Assembly (NCBI GenBank): GCA_021815445.1
Contig: JAKAGM010000001.1
Coordinates: forward strand, 67,447 to 131,446
Length of the DNA stretch: 64,000 bases
Direction: 5' to 3'
Source: a bacterium
GTDB taxonomy: Bacteria; Patescibacteriota; Patescibacteriia; UBA10025
The notes under the pieces are model-generated. The model worked only from the letters and a program-made list of their open reading frames with translations. It ran no database searches and was not told the origin of the DNA. The position numbers and the translations under genes are program-made. The stretch's first letter is position 1. Each line of letters begins with the position of its first letter. This document shows positions 26,355 through 37,517 of this stretch, in pieces.

Positions 26355-27149
26355 ATGATCAAGGTTAAAAACTTAACAAAAGTATTCAACGGCTTAACTG
26401 CCGTGAAGGATGTTTCGTTCGAGACCAGGGCGGGCGAGATTTTTGGTTTGCTCGGCCCTAACGGCGCCGGAAAGACGACGACTATTCGAGTCATTGCGAC
26501 TGTTCTTCAGCCGACATCAGGCACCGCAGAGGTTGCCGGCTTTGACATAATAAAACAGCCTGAGGACGTTCGCCGCAACATCGGTGTGCTGACCGCCGAG
26601 ATAGGGCTGTACGACAGGTTTACCGCGCGCGAGAACATGAGGTATTTCGGCCATCTTTACCGGATGGAAGGCGAGGCGCTTGAAAAACGGATCGAGTATC
26701 TTATCGAAGCTCTCGACATGGGGAGGTTTGCCGACAGGCGCGCCGGGCAGTTCTCCACAGGCATGAAGCAAAAGGTAGCCATCGCGCGATCGATCATCCA
26801 CGATCCCAAGGTGATTATTTTCGACGAACCGACTGCCGGTCTCGACGTGCTGGCTTCCCAGACAGTGATTGCGTTCATGCGAAAAGCCCGCGAGCAGGGG
26901 AATCTTGTTGTCCTCTCCACGCACGACATGGCCCACGCGCAAAAACTCTGCGACCGGGTTGCCATCATGCACAGGTCCCGCCTTGTCGCCTTAGACACCC
27001 AAGAACGCTTACTGCAGCAGACCAACACGCGGAACCTCGAGGATGCGTTCTTACAAATAGTCGGCGAGGATGCCGCAAAGCTTGTCGAGCACGAGCGCGA
27101 GGAACAGCATCTTGCCGGTATTAAAAAGAAAAGGAGATTCGGACTATGA
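26355..27149 (+). CDS. ABC transporter ATP-binding protein
   Basis: Walker A GLLGPNGAGKTT, signature FSTGMKQKVAIARS, Walker B IIFDEPTAGLD. Confidence 0.85.
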   Translation: MIKVKNLTKVFNGLTAVKDVSFETRAGEIFGLLGPNGAGKTTTIRVIATVLQPTSGTAEVAGFDIIKQPEDVRRNIGVLTAEIGLYDRFTARENMRYFGHLYRMEGEALEKRIEYLIEALDMGRFADRRAGQFSTGMKQKVAIARSIIHDPKVIIFDEPTAGLDVLASQTVIAFMRKAREQGNLVVLSTHDMAHAQKLCDRVAIMHRSRLVALDTQERLLQQTNTRNLEDAFLQIVGEDAAKLVEHEREEQHLAGIKKKRRFGL

Positions 27150-28342
27150 AAGAATCACTCATTGTTTTTGCCAAAGAAATAAAGGACAGCCTCCGCGACC
27201 GCCGCACCCTAGTTACAGCCGTCCTTATGCCTATTTTCCTGATGCCGGTCATCATGATAGGGACATTTAAGATGCAGGAAGTCCAGATGAAGAAAAGCGA
27301 GGCACAAATCCCGAAGATCGCTTTTAATATCCAAGCCGATGCCCCGATGCTTGTCAATTTCTTGAAGAATGATAAAAAGTACGTAGTTGTTGCCGACCAA
27401 ACCTCTGACTCAGCAAAGGCGATGATGGAGAAAGGAGACCTGAATGTGTATCTTGAAGTGGCACCTACCTTTGAAAAGATGGTTAGCCAGGGCAATCCCG
27501 CAGAAGTGAAGGTATACCATAAGAGCTCCATCACTGATTCTGTCACCGCTTTTCAAAAAGTTACCATAGCGCTCCAAGAATTCAACCAACGCACAGCTGT
27601 CGCCCGTCTCGCGCAAAAAAATGTTCCGCCGGCTATACTTACTGCAATTCTTCCAACGCCGGTTGATTTCGCGACGGCGCAAGAGCGGGGCGGGTACTTC
27701 ATCGGTTTTCTCCTCCCAATGTTCATTGTTCTCTTCGCCATCGTCGGAGGGATGTACATAGCGATTGACGTCTCAGCCGGTGAAAAGGAACGAAAGACCC
27801 TTGAAGCGCTTCTCCTTACCCCGGCTTCCCGATTCACCATTGTAACGGGAAAGTTCCTTGCTGTTGCCGCGACAGCGAGCACGACGATAATTCTCTCGTT
27901 GTTTTCTCTCTACGCAGCTTTTAAGTTTTTCCCTCCTAATTTCGGTACCGGAGGCGAGTTTATCATCAGCCTGACGCCAAAGGCCATTAGTATCATGCTC
28001 GGTGTCGGCGTTATTATGGCGATCATGTTCTCGGGACTGCTTCTGTCGGTTGCCATATTTGCAAAAAGCTATAAAGAAGCACAAAATTATATTACGCCGT
28101 TTTATCTCCTCGCTATTCTGCCAGTATCTATTGTGAGTTCGATTCCGGGTTTCAAACCCACCCTTCCTTTTTTCATGATTCCGGGCGTCAACGGCGTTTT
28201 TGTCGTGAAGGAAGTCCTTCTGAGCCAGTATGATACAACGCATATTTTAGTCACCCTCGGGTCTTTGCTTGTTTTCGCGGTTATTGCCATCTTTATCGCC
28301 ACAAAGATTTACTCACGCGAAGGGGTGCTATTTCGCGATTAG
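27146..28342 (+). CDS. ABC-2 family transporter permease
   Basis: overlaps the ATPase stop (ATGA); AAGGAG RBS; N-terminal TM, large extracytoplasmic loop, 5 C-terminal TM helices. Confidence 0.65.
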   Translation: MKESLIVFAKEIKDSLRDRRTLVTAVLMPIFLMPVIMIGTFKMQEVQMKKSEAQIPKIAFNIQADAPMLVNFLKNDKKYVVVADQTSDSAKAMMEKGDLNVYLEVAPTFEKMVSQGNPAEVKVYHKSSITDSVTAFQKVTIALQEFNQRTAVARLAQKNVPPAILTAILPTPVDFATAQERGGYFIGFLLPMFIVLFAIVGGMYIAIDVSAGEKERKTLEALLLTPASRFTIVTGKFLAVAATASTTIILSLFSLYAAFKFFPPNFGTGGEFIISLTPKAISIMLGVGVIMAIMFSGLLLSVAIFAKSYKEAQNYITPFYLLAILPVSIVSSIPGFKPTLPFFMIPGVNGVFVVKEVLLSQYDTTHILVTLGSLLVFAVIAIFIATKIYSREGVLFRD

Positions 28343-28819
28343 TTTTCCCACACCTTCATCTATTGCTCCCTGCGGTGGTTGTTTTTTGGCTAACCTTAGG
28401 CAAGCCGCTCAAAGCCCAGTTTCAGGAAGTCGGGGGCTTGATTATTTTCCAATTTTCCTTTAGAATAGAGCCGAATTGTGGATAGTGCGGACTCCCACGC
28501 CAGCACTATTTTCGGCCTTTTGAGCACTTGTGGATATTTTTCGAAATATACAGCACAATGGATAAGCAAAGCGGCGAACCCAAACAGTGGTGGCAGCCGG
28601 CGGTCAATCTTTTTGGCCAAGTTACGGGGCTTATCGTTATCCCTATTGTCGCCGCTCTGTACGGCGGGAGGGCGCTCGACAGGAAATTCCAATCTGAACC
28701 GGTTTTTTTCCTCGGTCTCACCGTTCTCGCGATACTCATTTCAACCGTTGCTATCGTCAGAATATCCTCCCGGTATATGAGAGACATAGAGCGCGAAGCG
28801 CGGAAAAAGAATCAACCTT

Positions 28820-29984
<1,165 letters not shown>

Positions 29985-29996
29985 TTGCCTTTCAGG

Positions 29997-30026
29997 CAGG
30001 GTGGCCTTTTCAGAATAGCCACCCTG
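29997..30026 (+). promoter_or_regulatory. intercistronic stem-loop between atpE and atpF (CAGGGTGGC-12 nt-GCCACCCTG)
   Basis: 9-bp perfect GC-rich stem 13 nt after the atpE stop, extendable with TTCAG/CTGAA; no T-run. Confidence 0.5.
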
Positions 30027-30050
30027 AAGAAAGATAATTTACCCCAACAT

Positions 30051-30548
30051 ATGAATGATTTCATCAACACATTTCATGTCGACTGGAAACTGCTGATAGC
30101 GCAGCTGGTCAATTTTGGCATTGTGCTATTTGTCGTATGGCGGTTTGCGCTGAAGCCGCTTCTCAAGAACATGACGCAACGGACGAAAGAGATAGAAAAA
30201 AGCCTCGAGGATGCCAAGAAGATTGAGCGCGAGCTTAGCGATACCGAGCGAATAAAAGCTGAACGTCTGCTGGAGGCGAAGAAAGATGCCCAGGTAATCA
30301 TTGAACAGGCGAGCGCACAGGCGGAAAAGATCCGAACCGAGAAGGTACAGCAGACCAAGGCTGAAGTGCAGGAGATCGTCGACAAGACCAAAGTCCAGAT
30401 TGCCGCTGAAAAGGAAAAAATGATTGCTGACGCGCGAAAAGAGCTTGGGAGCTTAGTCATTGCAGCAACTGAAAAAGTTATCGCCAAAAAACTGGATTCC
30501 AGCGCTGACCGCGAGCTTATCGATCATACGGTACACTCAGTGAAATAA
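30051..30548 (+). CDS. atpF: F0F1 ATP synthase subunit b
   Basis: single N-terminal TM then charged coiled coil (...KEIEKSLEDAKKIERELSDTERIKAE...); ATG at 30051. Confidence 0.8.
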   Translation: MNDFINTFHVDWKLLIAQLVNFGIVLFVVWRFALKPLLKNMTQRTKEIEKSLEDAKKIERELSDTERIKAERLLEAKKDAQVIIEQASAQAEKIRTEKVQQTKAEVQEIVDKTKVQIAAEKEKMIADARKELGSLVIAATEKVIAKKLDSSADRELIDHTVHSVK

Positions 30549-30550
30549 CT

Positions 30551-30946
30551 ATGAGAAAACTTTCTCCAAAACAATACGCGCAGGCATTCTTCGACGCTTA
30601 TAAAGAAACTCCGCAGGAGCACGCAGCTGCGCTTATCGAGCAGTTTATTCTCATGCTGAAGAAAAAAAGGGACATGAAAAAAGCGCCCAGAATACTCAAT
30701 GCGCTTCACCAGCTGATTAATGATCGAGATGGAAAGATGGATGTCTCTGCTGTATCGGCGCACAAGATGGCTCCCGAGCTCCATTCGTCCCTTGCTGCTG
30801 ATCTTAGCGCTGCGCTTAAAAAAGACGTCATACTTGCGGCGTCGGAAAATCCGCAGGTTATCGGCGGGGTGCGCATCCAAATCGGTGATACACTTATTGA
30901 CGGCACTGTCCGCACGCAGCTCGAGAAGTTGCAAAGCACTTTTTAA
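30551..30946 (+). CDS. atpH: F0F1 ATP synthase subunit delta (short, 131 aa)
   Basis: C-terminal ...VIGGVRIQIGDTLIDGTVRTQLEKL... is OSCP/delta-like. Confidence 0.7.
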   Translation: MRKLSPKQYAQAFFDAYKETPQEHAAALIEQFILMLKKKRDMKKAPRILNALHQLINDRDGKMDVSAVSAHKMAPELHSSLAADLSAALKKDVILAASENPQVIGGVRIQIGDTLIDGTVRTQLEKLQSTF

Positions 30947-30985
30947 TACATTTCATTCACATTTAGCACCAAATAACATATCCGT

Positions 30986-32494
30986 ATGCCCACAATAAAA
31001 GATTCCATAGTTGAAAATCTAAAAAAGCAGATTCAGCAGTTCCAAGCCGGAGCGACGGTCGAAAAAGTCGGTACCGTCACTGAGGTCGGCGATGGCATCG
31101 CGCGCATCTCCGGTCTCTCGGATGCGATGGCGTCTGAAATGTTGCTTTTCCCTCATGATGTCTACGGGGTCGCGTTGAACCTGGAAGAAGATACCGTCGG
31201 CGCCATGATTCTGGGAGATTATACCGAGATTAAGGAAGGGGACACGGTCAAAAGCACCGGTCGCATCCTCGAAGTTCCGGTTGGCGAGGCGCTGATTGGG
31301 CGCGTCGTCAATCCGCTCGGTCAGCCCATCGACGGTAAGGGCGACATCAAAAGCTCGTCATTTTATCCCGTAGAAAAAATAGCGCCCCGCGTCATTACCC
31401 GCCAGAAAGTCAACCAGCCTGTGCAGACGGGCATTAAGGCGATAGATTCCATGATTCCCGTCGGGCGCGGACAGCGCGAGCTGATCATCGGCGACAGGCA
31501 GACGGGCAAGACAGCCGTGGCTATCGACGCTATTATCAATCAAAAAGGCGAGAACATGATCTGCATTTACGTCGCCATCGGACAAAAGGAGTCAAAGGTG
31601 GCCAAAATTGTCGCCGAGCTCGAGAAGCACGGAGCGATGCAGCACACGATTATAGTTTTGGCTTCAGCCTCTGATCCCGCGTCGCTTTCCTTTACTGCTC
31701 CGTATGCCGGCTGTGCCATGGGTGAATATTTTATGGACCAGGGAAAAGATGTGCTTATCGTCTATGATGACTTATCGAAGCATGCGTGGGCATACCGCCA
31801 GATCTCCCTTTTACTCCGCAGACCTCCCGGCCGCGAAGCGTATCCCGGCGACATTTTTTATCTCCATTCGCGTCTTCTTGAACGTGCGGCAAAGCTCAAT
31901 AAAGACTTCGGCGGAGGAAGCCTGACAGCGCTACCGATTATTGAAACCCAGGCAGGAGATATCTCGGCCTACATCCCAACCAACGTCATTTCTATCACCG
32001 ACGGCCAAATCTACCTTGAGGCGGACCTTTTTTATCAGGGCATACGCCCGGCGCTCAACGTCGGTCTGTCTGTTTCGCGTGTCGGCTCTACGGCGCAGAT
32101 CAAGGCAATGAAAAAAGTTGCCGGCAAGCTCCGTCTCGATGCGGCGCAGTATCGCGAACTTGCCAGCTTCGCACAATTCGGCTCTGACCTCGACGAAGCG
32201 ACCCGCAAACAGCTGGAACGTGGAAAGCGCGTCCAAGAAATACTCAAGCAGGGGCAGTACGTGCCGATGCCCGTTGATAAGCAGGTCGCCATCATTTATG
32301 CCGTCGTAAACGGGATGCTTGACGACGTCCCGGTGGAGAGCATCAGAACTTTTGAGGAGAAATTTCTTGAGTACATGGGCACAACCGGTAAAAGCGTACT
32401 CGACGCCATTACCAAGGAAAAAGACCTCACTCCGGAGATTGAAAAAGCGCTTTCCTCCGCAATCGAGGATTATAAAAAAATCTTTACTTCATAA
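30986..32494 (+). CDS. atpA: F0F1 ATP synthase subunit alpha
   Basis: P-loop [18 protein letters not shown] and full-length alpha homology. Confidence 0.95.
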   Translation: MPTIKDSIVENLKKQIQQFQAGATVEKVGTVTEVGDGIARISGLSDAMASEMLLFPHDVYGVALNLEEDTVGAMILGDYTEIKEGDTVKSTGRILEVPVGEALIGRVVNPLGQPIDGKGDIKSSSFYPVEKIAPRVITRQKVNQPVQTGIKAIDSMIPVGRGQRELIIGDRQTGKTAVAIDAIINQKGENMICIYVAIGQKESKVAKIVAELEKHGAMQHTIIVLASASDPASLSFTAPYAGCAMGEYFMDQGKDVLIVYDDLSKHAWAYRQISLLLRRPPGREAYPGDIFYLHSRLLERAAKLNKDFGGGSLTALPIIETQAGDISAYIPTNVISITDGQIYLEADLFYQGIRPALNVGLSVSRVGSTAQIKAMKKVAGKLRLDAAQYRELASFAQFGSDLDEATRKQLERGKRVQEILKQGQYVPMPVDKQVAIIYAVVNGMLDDVPVESIRTFEEKFLEYMGTTGKSVLDAITKEKDLTPEIEKALSSAIEDYKKIFTS

Positions 32495-32506
32495 ACTCCA
32501 GTTTGT

Positions 32507-33412
32507 ATGCCGGCAGTCACGCGAGAAATCAAGCGGAGGATACGCTCAGTCGCCAATACGAAAAAGATAACCAAGGCGATGGAGCTTGTCGCTGCGACCA
32601 AAATGCGCAGAGCCGTGAAACGGGTGCTTGAGACGAGGTCCTATGCAAGTCTCGCGTGGGAAGTGATCCGCGACCTGTCGCAAACCACTGATCCGCGGTA
32701 TCACCCGCTGCTCCACAAGCGCGACAGGGTCAAGCGCATTGCCGTGGTTGTCATGGCATCCAACAGGGGATTATGCGGCGGATTCAACAGAGAAATAGTC
32801 GAGGGCGCTGTCGACTATGTCAAGAAAACTTCGGCGGCAACCCCTGATGTGAGTATCGATTTCATCCTCCTCGGGAAAAAGACTATTGAACTTTCCACAA
32901 AATACGGGTACCAGGTGATCGCCGAATTTCCCAAACCCGATGTCGCGACCGGTATCAATGATATTTCGGCAGTGGCGAAGATGGTCGTCGACGATTTTAT
33001 CGCACTGAAGTACGACCTCGTTACCCTGATGTATACCGATTACTACTCTGCGCTCCGCCAGGAAGCCCGGGTGCGCCAACTGCTTCCCATAGAACCAAAA
33101 GACGGCCAGCTCGGCAACGTGAAAGGTGCGGAAACGTCAGCGCCCGCCGAGTCATACGAGTACCTTTTCGAACCAAGTCCTGACGCAGTCCTTGAGCAGA
33201 TGCTCTATAAGCTTCTCGAAATGCAGATGTACCAGGCCCTCCTGGAGTCGAATGCCTCAGAGCACTCGGCGCGAATGATGTCAATGCGCAATGCGTCTGA
33301 TGCGGCGAGCGACATGATCGAGGACTTGACCCTCACCTTCAACCGCGCGCGCCAGGCAAGCATTACAGCCGAAATAGCTGACATAGCCGGGGGCAAAGCA
33401 GCTGTTGAATAA
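32507..33412 (+). CDS. atpG: F0F1 ATP synthase subunit gamma
   Basis: N-terminal ...IKRRIRSVANTKKITKAMELVAATKMRRA... and C-terminal ...ITAEIADIAGGKAAVE. Confidence 0.9.
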   Translation: MPAVTREIKRRIRSVANTKKITKAMELVAATKMRRAVKRVLETRSYASLAWEVIRDLSQTTDPRYHPLLHKRDRVKRIAVVVMASNRGLCGGFNREIVEGAVDYVKKTSAATPDVSIDFILLGKKTIELSTKYGYQVIAEFPKPDVATGINDISAVAKMVVDDFIALKYDLVTLMYTDYYSALRQEARVRQLLPIEPKDGQLGNVKGAETSAPAESYEYLFEPSPDAVLEQMLYKLLEMQMYQALLESNASEHSARMMSMRNASDAASDMIEDLTLTFNRARQASITAEIADIAGGKAAVE

Positions 33413-33440
33413 CTACTTTTTACCAATTGACTACAACTAA

Positions 33441-34823
<1,383 letters not shown>

Positions 34824-34837
34824 TATTACTTCTTTCC

Positions 34838-35272
34838 ATGGACAAGCTTCATCTTGAAATTACCACGCCCGAGCGCGTCATCTACAAAGATGACGTCGAT
34901 GAGCTTGTGTTGCCGACGCCGAACGGTGAGATCGGCATTCTTCCCCATCACGTCCCGCTGATTTCACTTTTAGCTCCGGGAGAAATCCGTATCACCAAAA
35001 GCGGCGCGAGTACGCTGATGGCTGTCTCGGGCGGATTCATAGAAATCCAGCCGACAAAGGTTGTCGTTCTCGCCGATACCGCCGAGCAGGCAGAGGAGAT
35101 AGATGAACAGCGTGCAGAAGAGGCGAAAAAGCGTGCACAGAACCTCCTCAAGGAAAAACGTGTCGACCAGGAACAGTTCGCTGCGCTCTCCGCCAAGATA
35201 GAAAAAGAGCTCGCGCGGCTCAAGGTGGTGCGGAAAAGACGGCGCGGGCCGAAGTCGGGTTTGCCACAGTAG
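34838..35272 (+). CDS. atpC: F0F1 ATP synthase subunit epsilon
   Basis: MDKLHLEITTPERVIYKDDVDELVLPTPNGEIGILPHHVPLIS... Confidence 0.85.
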   Translation: MDKLHLEITTPERVIYKDDVDELVLPTPNGEIGILPHHVPLISLLAPGEIRITKSGASTLMAVSGGFIEIQPTKVVVLADTAEQAEEIDEQRAEEAKKRAQNLLKEKRVDQEQFAALSAKIEKELARLKVVRKRRRGPKSGLPQ

Positions 35273-35284
35273 AACAGAGAGTAG

Positions 35285-35337
35285 ATAAGACAAGTACCGA
35301 GACCCCGATCCCAGAAATCGGGGGGTCTTGACTTATC
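35285..35337 (+). terminator. compound stem-loop at the 3' end of the atp operon (GATAAGACAAG...GACCCCGAT-loop-ATCGGGGGGTC...CTTGACTTATC)
   Basis: nested inverted repeats starting 13 nt after the atpC stop; no T-run, so it may be an mRNA stabiliser or a factor-dependent terminator. Confidence 0.4.
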
Positions 35338-35415
35338 CAGCCGGTTCTGTATACTCATTGAAAATACAAATTGTTCTTAACATGTTCACGCAGTAGAAAA
35401 TATGGGGGGTTTTGA

Positions 35416-35967
35416 ATGGCCGAGCGAATTGACATCACGGACATTGAGTTGATTACCTTACTCAAGAAAGTTGGAGTTTTGGTCCCGATTGTGCCGGGAA
35501 GCACCGTCAACCGGGTTGACGTCTCCATCAGCGCATTGTGCAACTCAGGGTTCCAGTTTGGAAACCGGCACGAATTCCTGCGGCAACATGTTGCTCAGGT
35601 TCCGCACTATGTGCCGAAGCACGGCGGCATCATGCGGCTTTCTCAGCAGGATGATTTGTACAGCCAAGCGTTTGAGGACGATCTCCGCGAGGCAGCCAAT
35701 CTGCTCTCGGGCAATTTCCAGCGGTTTACCGGTGGTGGCCACTATCCATGCGTATGGGGAGGGCACAAGGGACTCGATTTTCTTCATACCCTAATCCAGT
35801 CCTACCACGGCTTTCAGAGGCTTCGGGAGATTTTTCTCGGGGTAACTGGAGTAGATTTTCTCTTTTTCTTTCACATCGACTATTCGACCTGGGAAGGGGA
35901 TAAGAAAAATCCTATGGAGATGTTCCTCGTCAACCCGGAATTGCTCAAGAGCCTCTACCGCCCCTGA
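35416..35967 (+). CDS. hypothetical protein (183 aa)
   Basis: G-rich RBS; no recognised domain. Confidence 0.5.
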   Translation: MAERIDITDIELITLLKKVGVLVPIVPGSTVNRVDVSISALCNSGFQFGNRHEFLRQHVAQVPHYVPKHGGIMRLSQQDDLYSQAFEDDLREAANLLSGNFQRFTGGGHYPCVWGGHKGLDFLHTLIQSYHGFQRLREIFLGVTGVDFLFFFHIDYSTWEGDKKNPMEMFLVNPELLKSLYRP

Positions 35968-36068
35968 ATGAAATTGAACGATGCTCGTCTCTATCAAGTC
36001 CGGCAAATGCTGGGCTTTTTCTATTCCCCCTTTTTACTTTCCATGCTATACTCACGCGCAAAGCGCAT

Positions 36069-37118
36069 ATGAAAACATCAAATTCAATCCAGAAATTTCT
36101 CCTTCAACGAAACAAAGAGCAAAGCGAAGCATACTGCAGTCCGGACGCAACCCTCTGGAGGCTTCAGTACCGCGCCAGGCACGCCACGGAAATTGCCGCG
36201 TTGAAGTGTATGGACGGCCGTCTCAACCTTTCCGTCTTGACTGAAACCCCTCCGGGAATCATCCAGCCGTTTCGCAATATCGGCGGCCAGTTCGACCTCG
36301 GCTGGCCGTACTTTGGCATACTCCTCAATGACTGGGTGAAGTATTCGATCAATCGCGGCCGTGATTGCCTTATTCTCGTAACGTACCACTGGTCAAAAGG
36401 GGACGAGAAACGCGGGTGCAGGGGTTTCGACCATGATGTCGAGGCTGCGCGTACGTATACCCGGAAGCTTAAAGAACAAATTGAATTCGTTTTTGGGTCC
36501 ATGCACTATGTGGTGTATCCTATTCAGGTGGGGATTGAAACTGACGAGGACGCCCTCGTCCTTCACGGCGCTGACGGATCGGTGCTGGACCTCGGGTCCG
36601 AACCCAAAAACGCTGAAGGAGACTTAACTTCACAAATAAAGAAACTGTACCCCGACATGCGCGAAAGGATGGTCAATGATTTATTGCCGCTTCTTGTAGG
36701 TAACCTAGCGCACATCAAAAAGATCCGCTTATCACATAGACCAATTGAGGACACGGAGCATAAGGAGCAAATACTTGCGATCGGGCGAGGATTTGACTGG
36801 CTTCACTTGCCGAATAAAGCGTTAATCATCGGACCCTACAGTTACAACTTAGGCGATCCGGTCGCTACTGCAGCGCGCATACTCCTGAGCAACCTCAACG
36901 AAGGCCGTATTCCAAAAGCGACAGGGGGGGTACTGATGACGTCAGCCGCGTTTCGGGAAGAGGTCGGAGCCGAACGGACCATTGCTGCCGAAAAAGCGAA
37001 ATCTCTCGCTGAGTTTGCGATGGGAACTATCACAGAACATGTTCCTGAGCTTTTGCCCTATCTCACGTCTTTGACCGGAGTATTGAACATGGAGACGAGG
37101 CTCTTTACCCCGTTGTAG
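36069..37118 (+). CDS. hypothetical protein with beta-carbonic-anhydrase-like zinc-site motifs (CxDxR...FRNIGG...H-x9-C)
   Basis: KCMDGRLN (CxDxR), FRNIGGQ ~20 aa later (cf. beta-CA RNAGN) and H107/C117 resemble the beta/epsilon-CA (CsoSCA-type) ligand pattern; motif-level inference only. Confidence 0.4.
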   Translation: MKTSNSIQKFLLQRNKEQSEAYCSPDATLWRLQYRARHATEIAALKCMDGRLNLSVLTETPPGIIQPFRNIGGQFDLGWPYFGILLNDWVKYSINRGRDCLILVTYHWSKGDEKRGCRGFDHDVEAARTYTRKLKEQIEFVFGSMHYVVYPIQVGIETDEDALVLHGADGSVLDLGSEPKNAEGDLTSQIKKLYPDMRERMVNDLLPLLVGNLAHIKKIRLSHRPIEDTEHKEQILAIGRGFDWLHLPNKALIIGPYSYNLGDPVATAARILLSNLNEGRIPKATGGVLMTSAAFREEVGAERTIAAEKAKSLAEFAMGTITEHVPELLPYLTSLTGVLNMETRLFTPL

Positions 37119-37284
37119 TTTTTTTGTAGAGAAATAACAAACGCATCCAGCTCTCCATTGCCCACCCGACCCGTTTGAGTGTATGCTCATGGCAGTATGC
37201 ATGCTTTTTTCATCATGTAGGTATTCTACGAACTTTGTTATAAGAAAAACTAACAGGTAGTTCACCAGTTGCGGAGGACGGACC

Positions 37285-37467
37285 ATGCCTGTCGTACAAT
37301 GTGCGGATTGCGAGCGCCACTTTGAGGTTTCCAGTTTGGAGGCTCCGGTGCCCGGCGAGCCCAACCACGAGAACTGTCCCGGCGCGGGAAAACGCGGGAC
37401 ACCGAGGCAGGACATTGAATTTGAACTTGATGAGACAGCGCTCGTCATCAAGAACAATGGCGGGTAA
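37285..37467 (+). CDS. possible small zinc-ribbon protein (60 aa; CADCERH...NCPG)
   Basis: GGAGGA RBS 8 nt upstream; stop overlaps the start region of the helicase gene. Confidence 0.35.
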   Translation: MPVVQCADCERHFEVSSLEAPVPGEPNHENCPGAGKRGTPRQDIEFELDETALVIKNNGG

Positions 37468-37517
37468 TGCCCGCCGTATGCACCTCGTCTCTTCTGCAAG
37501 TGACGGGTTTTTTCAAA

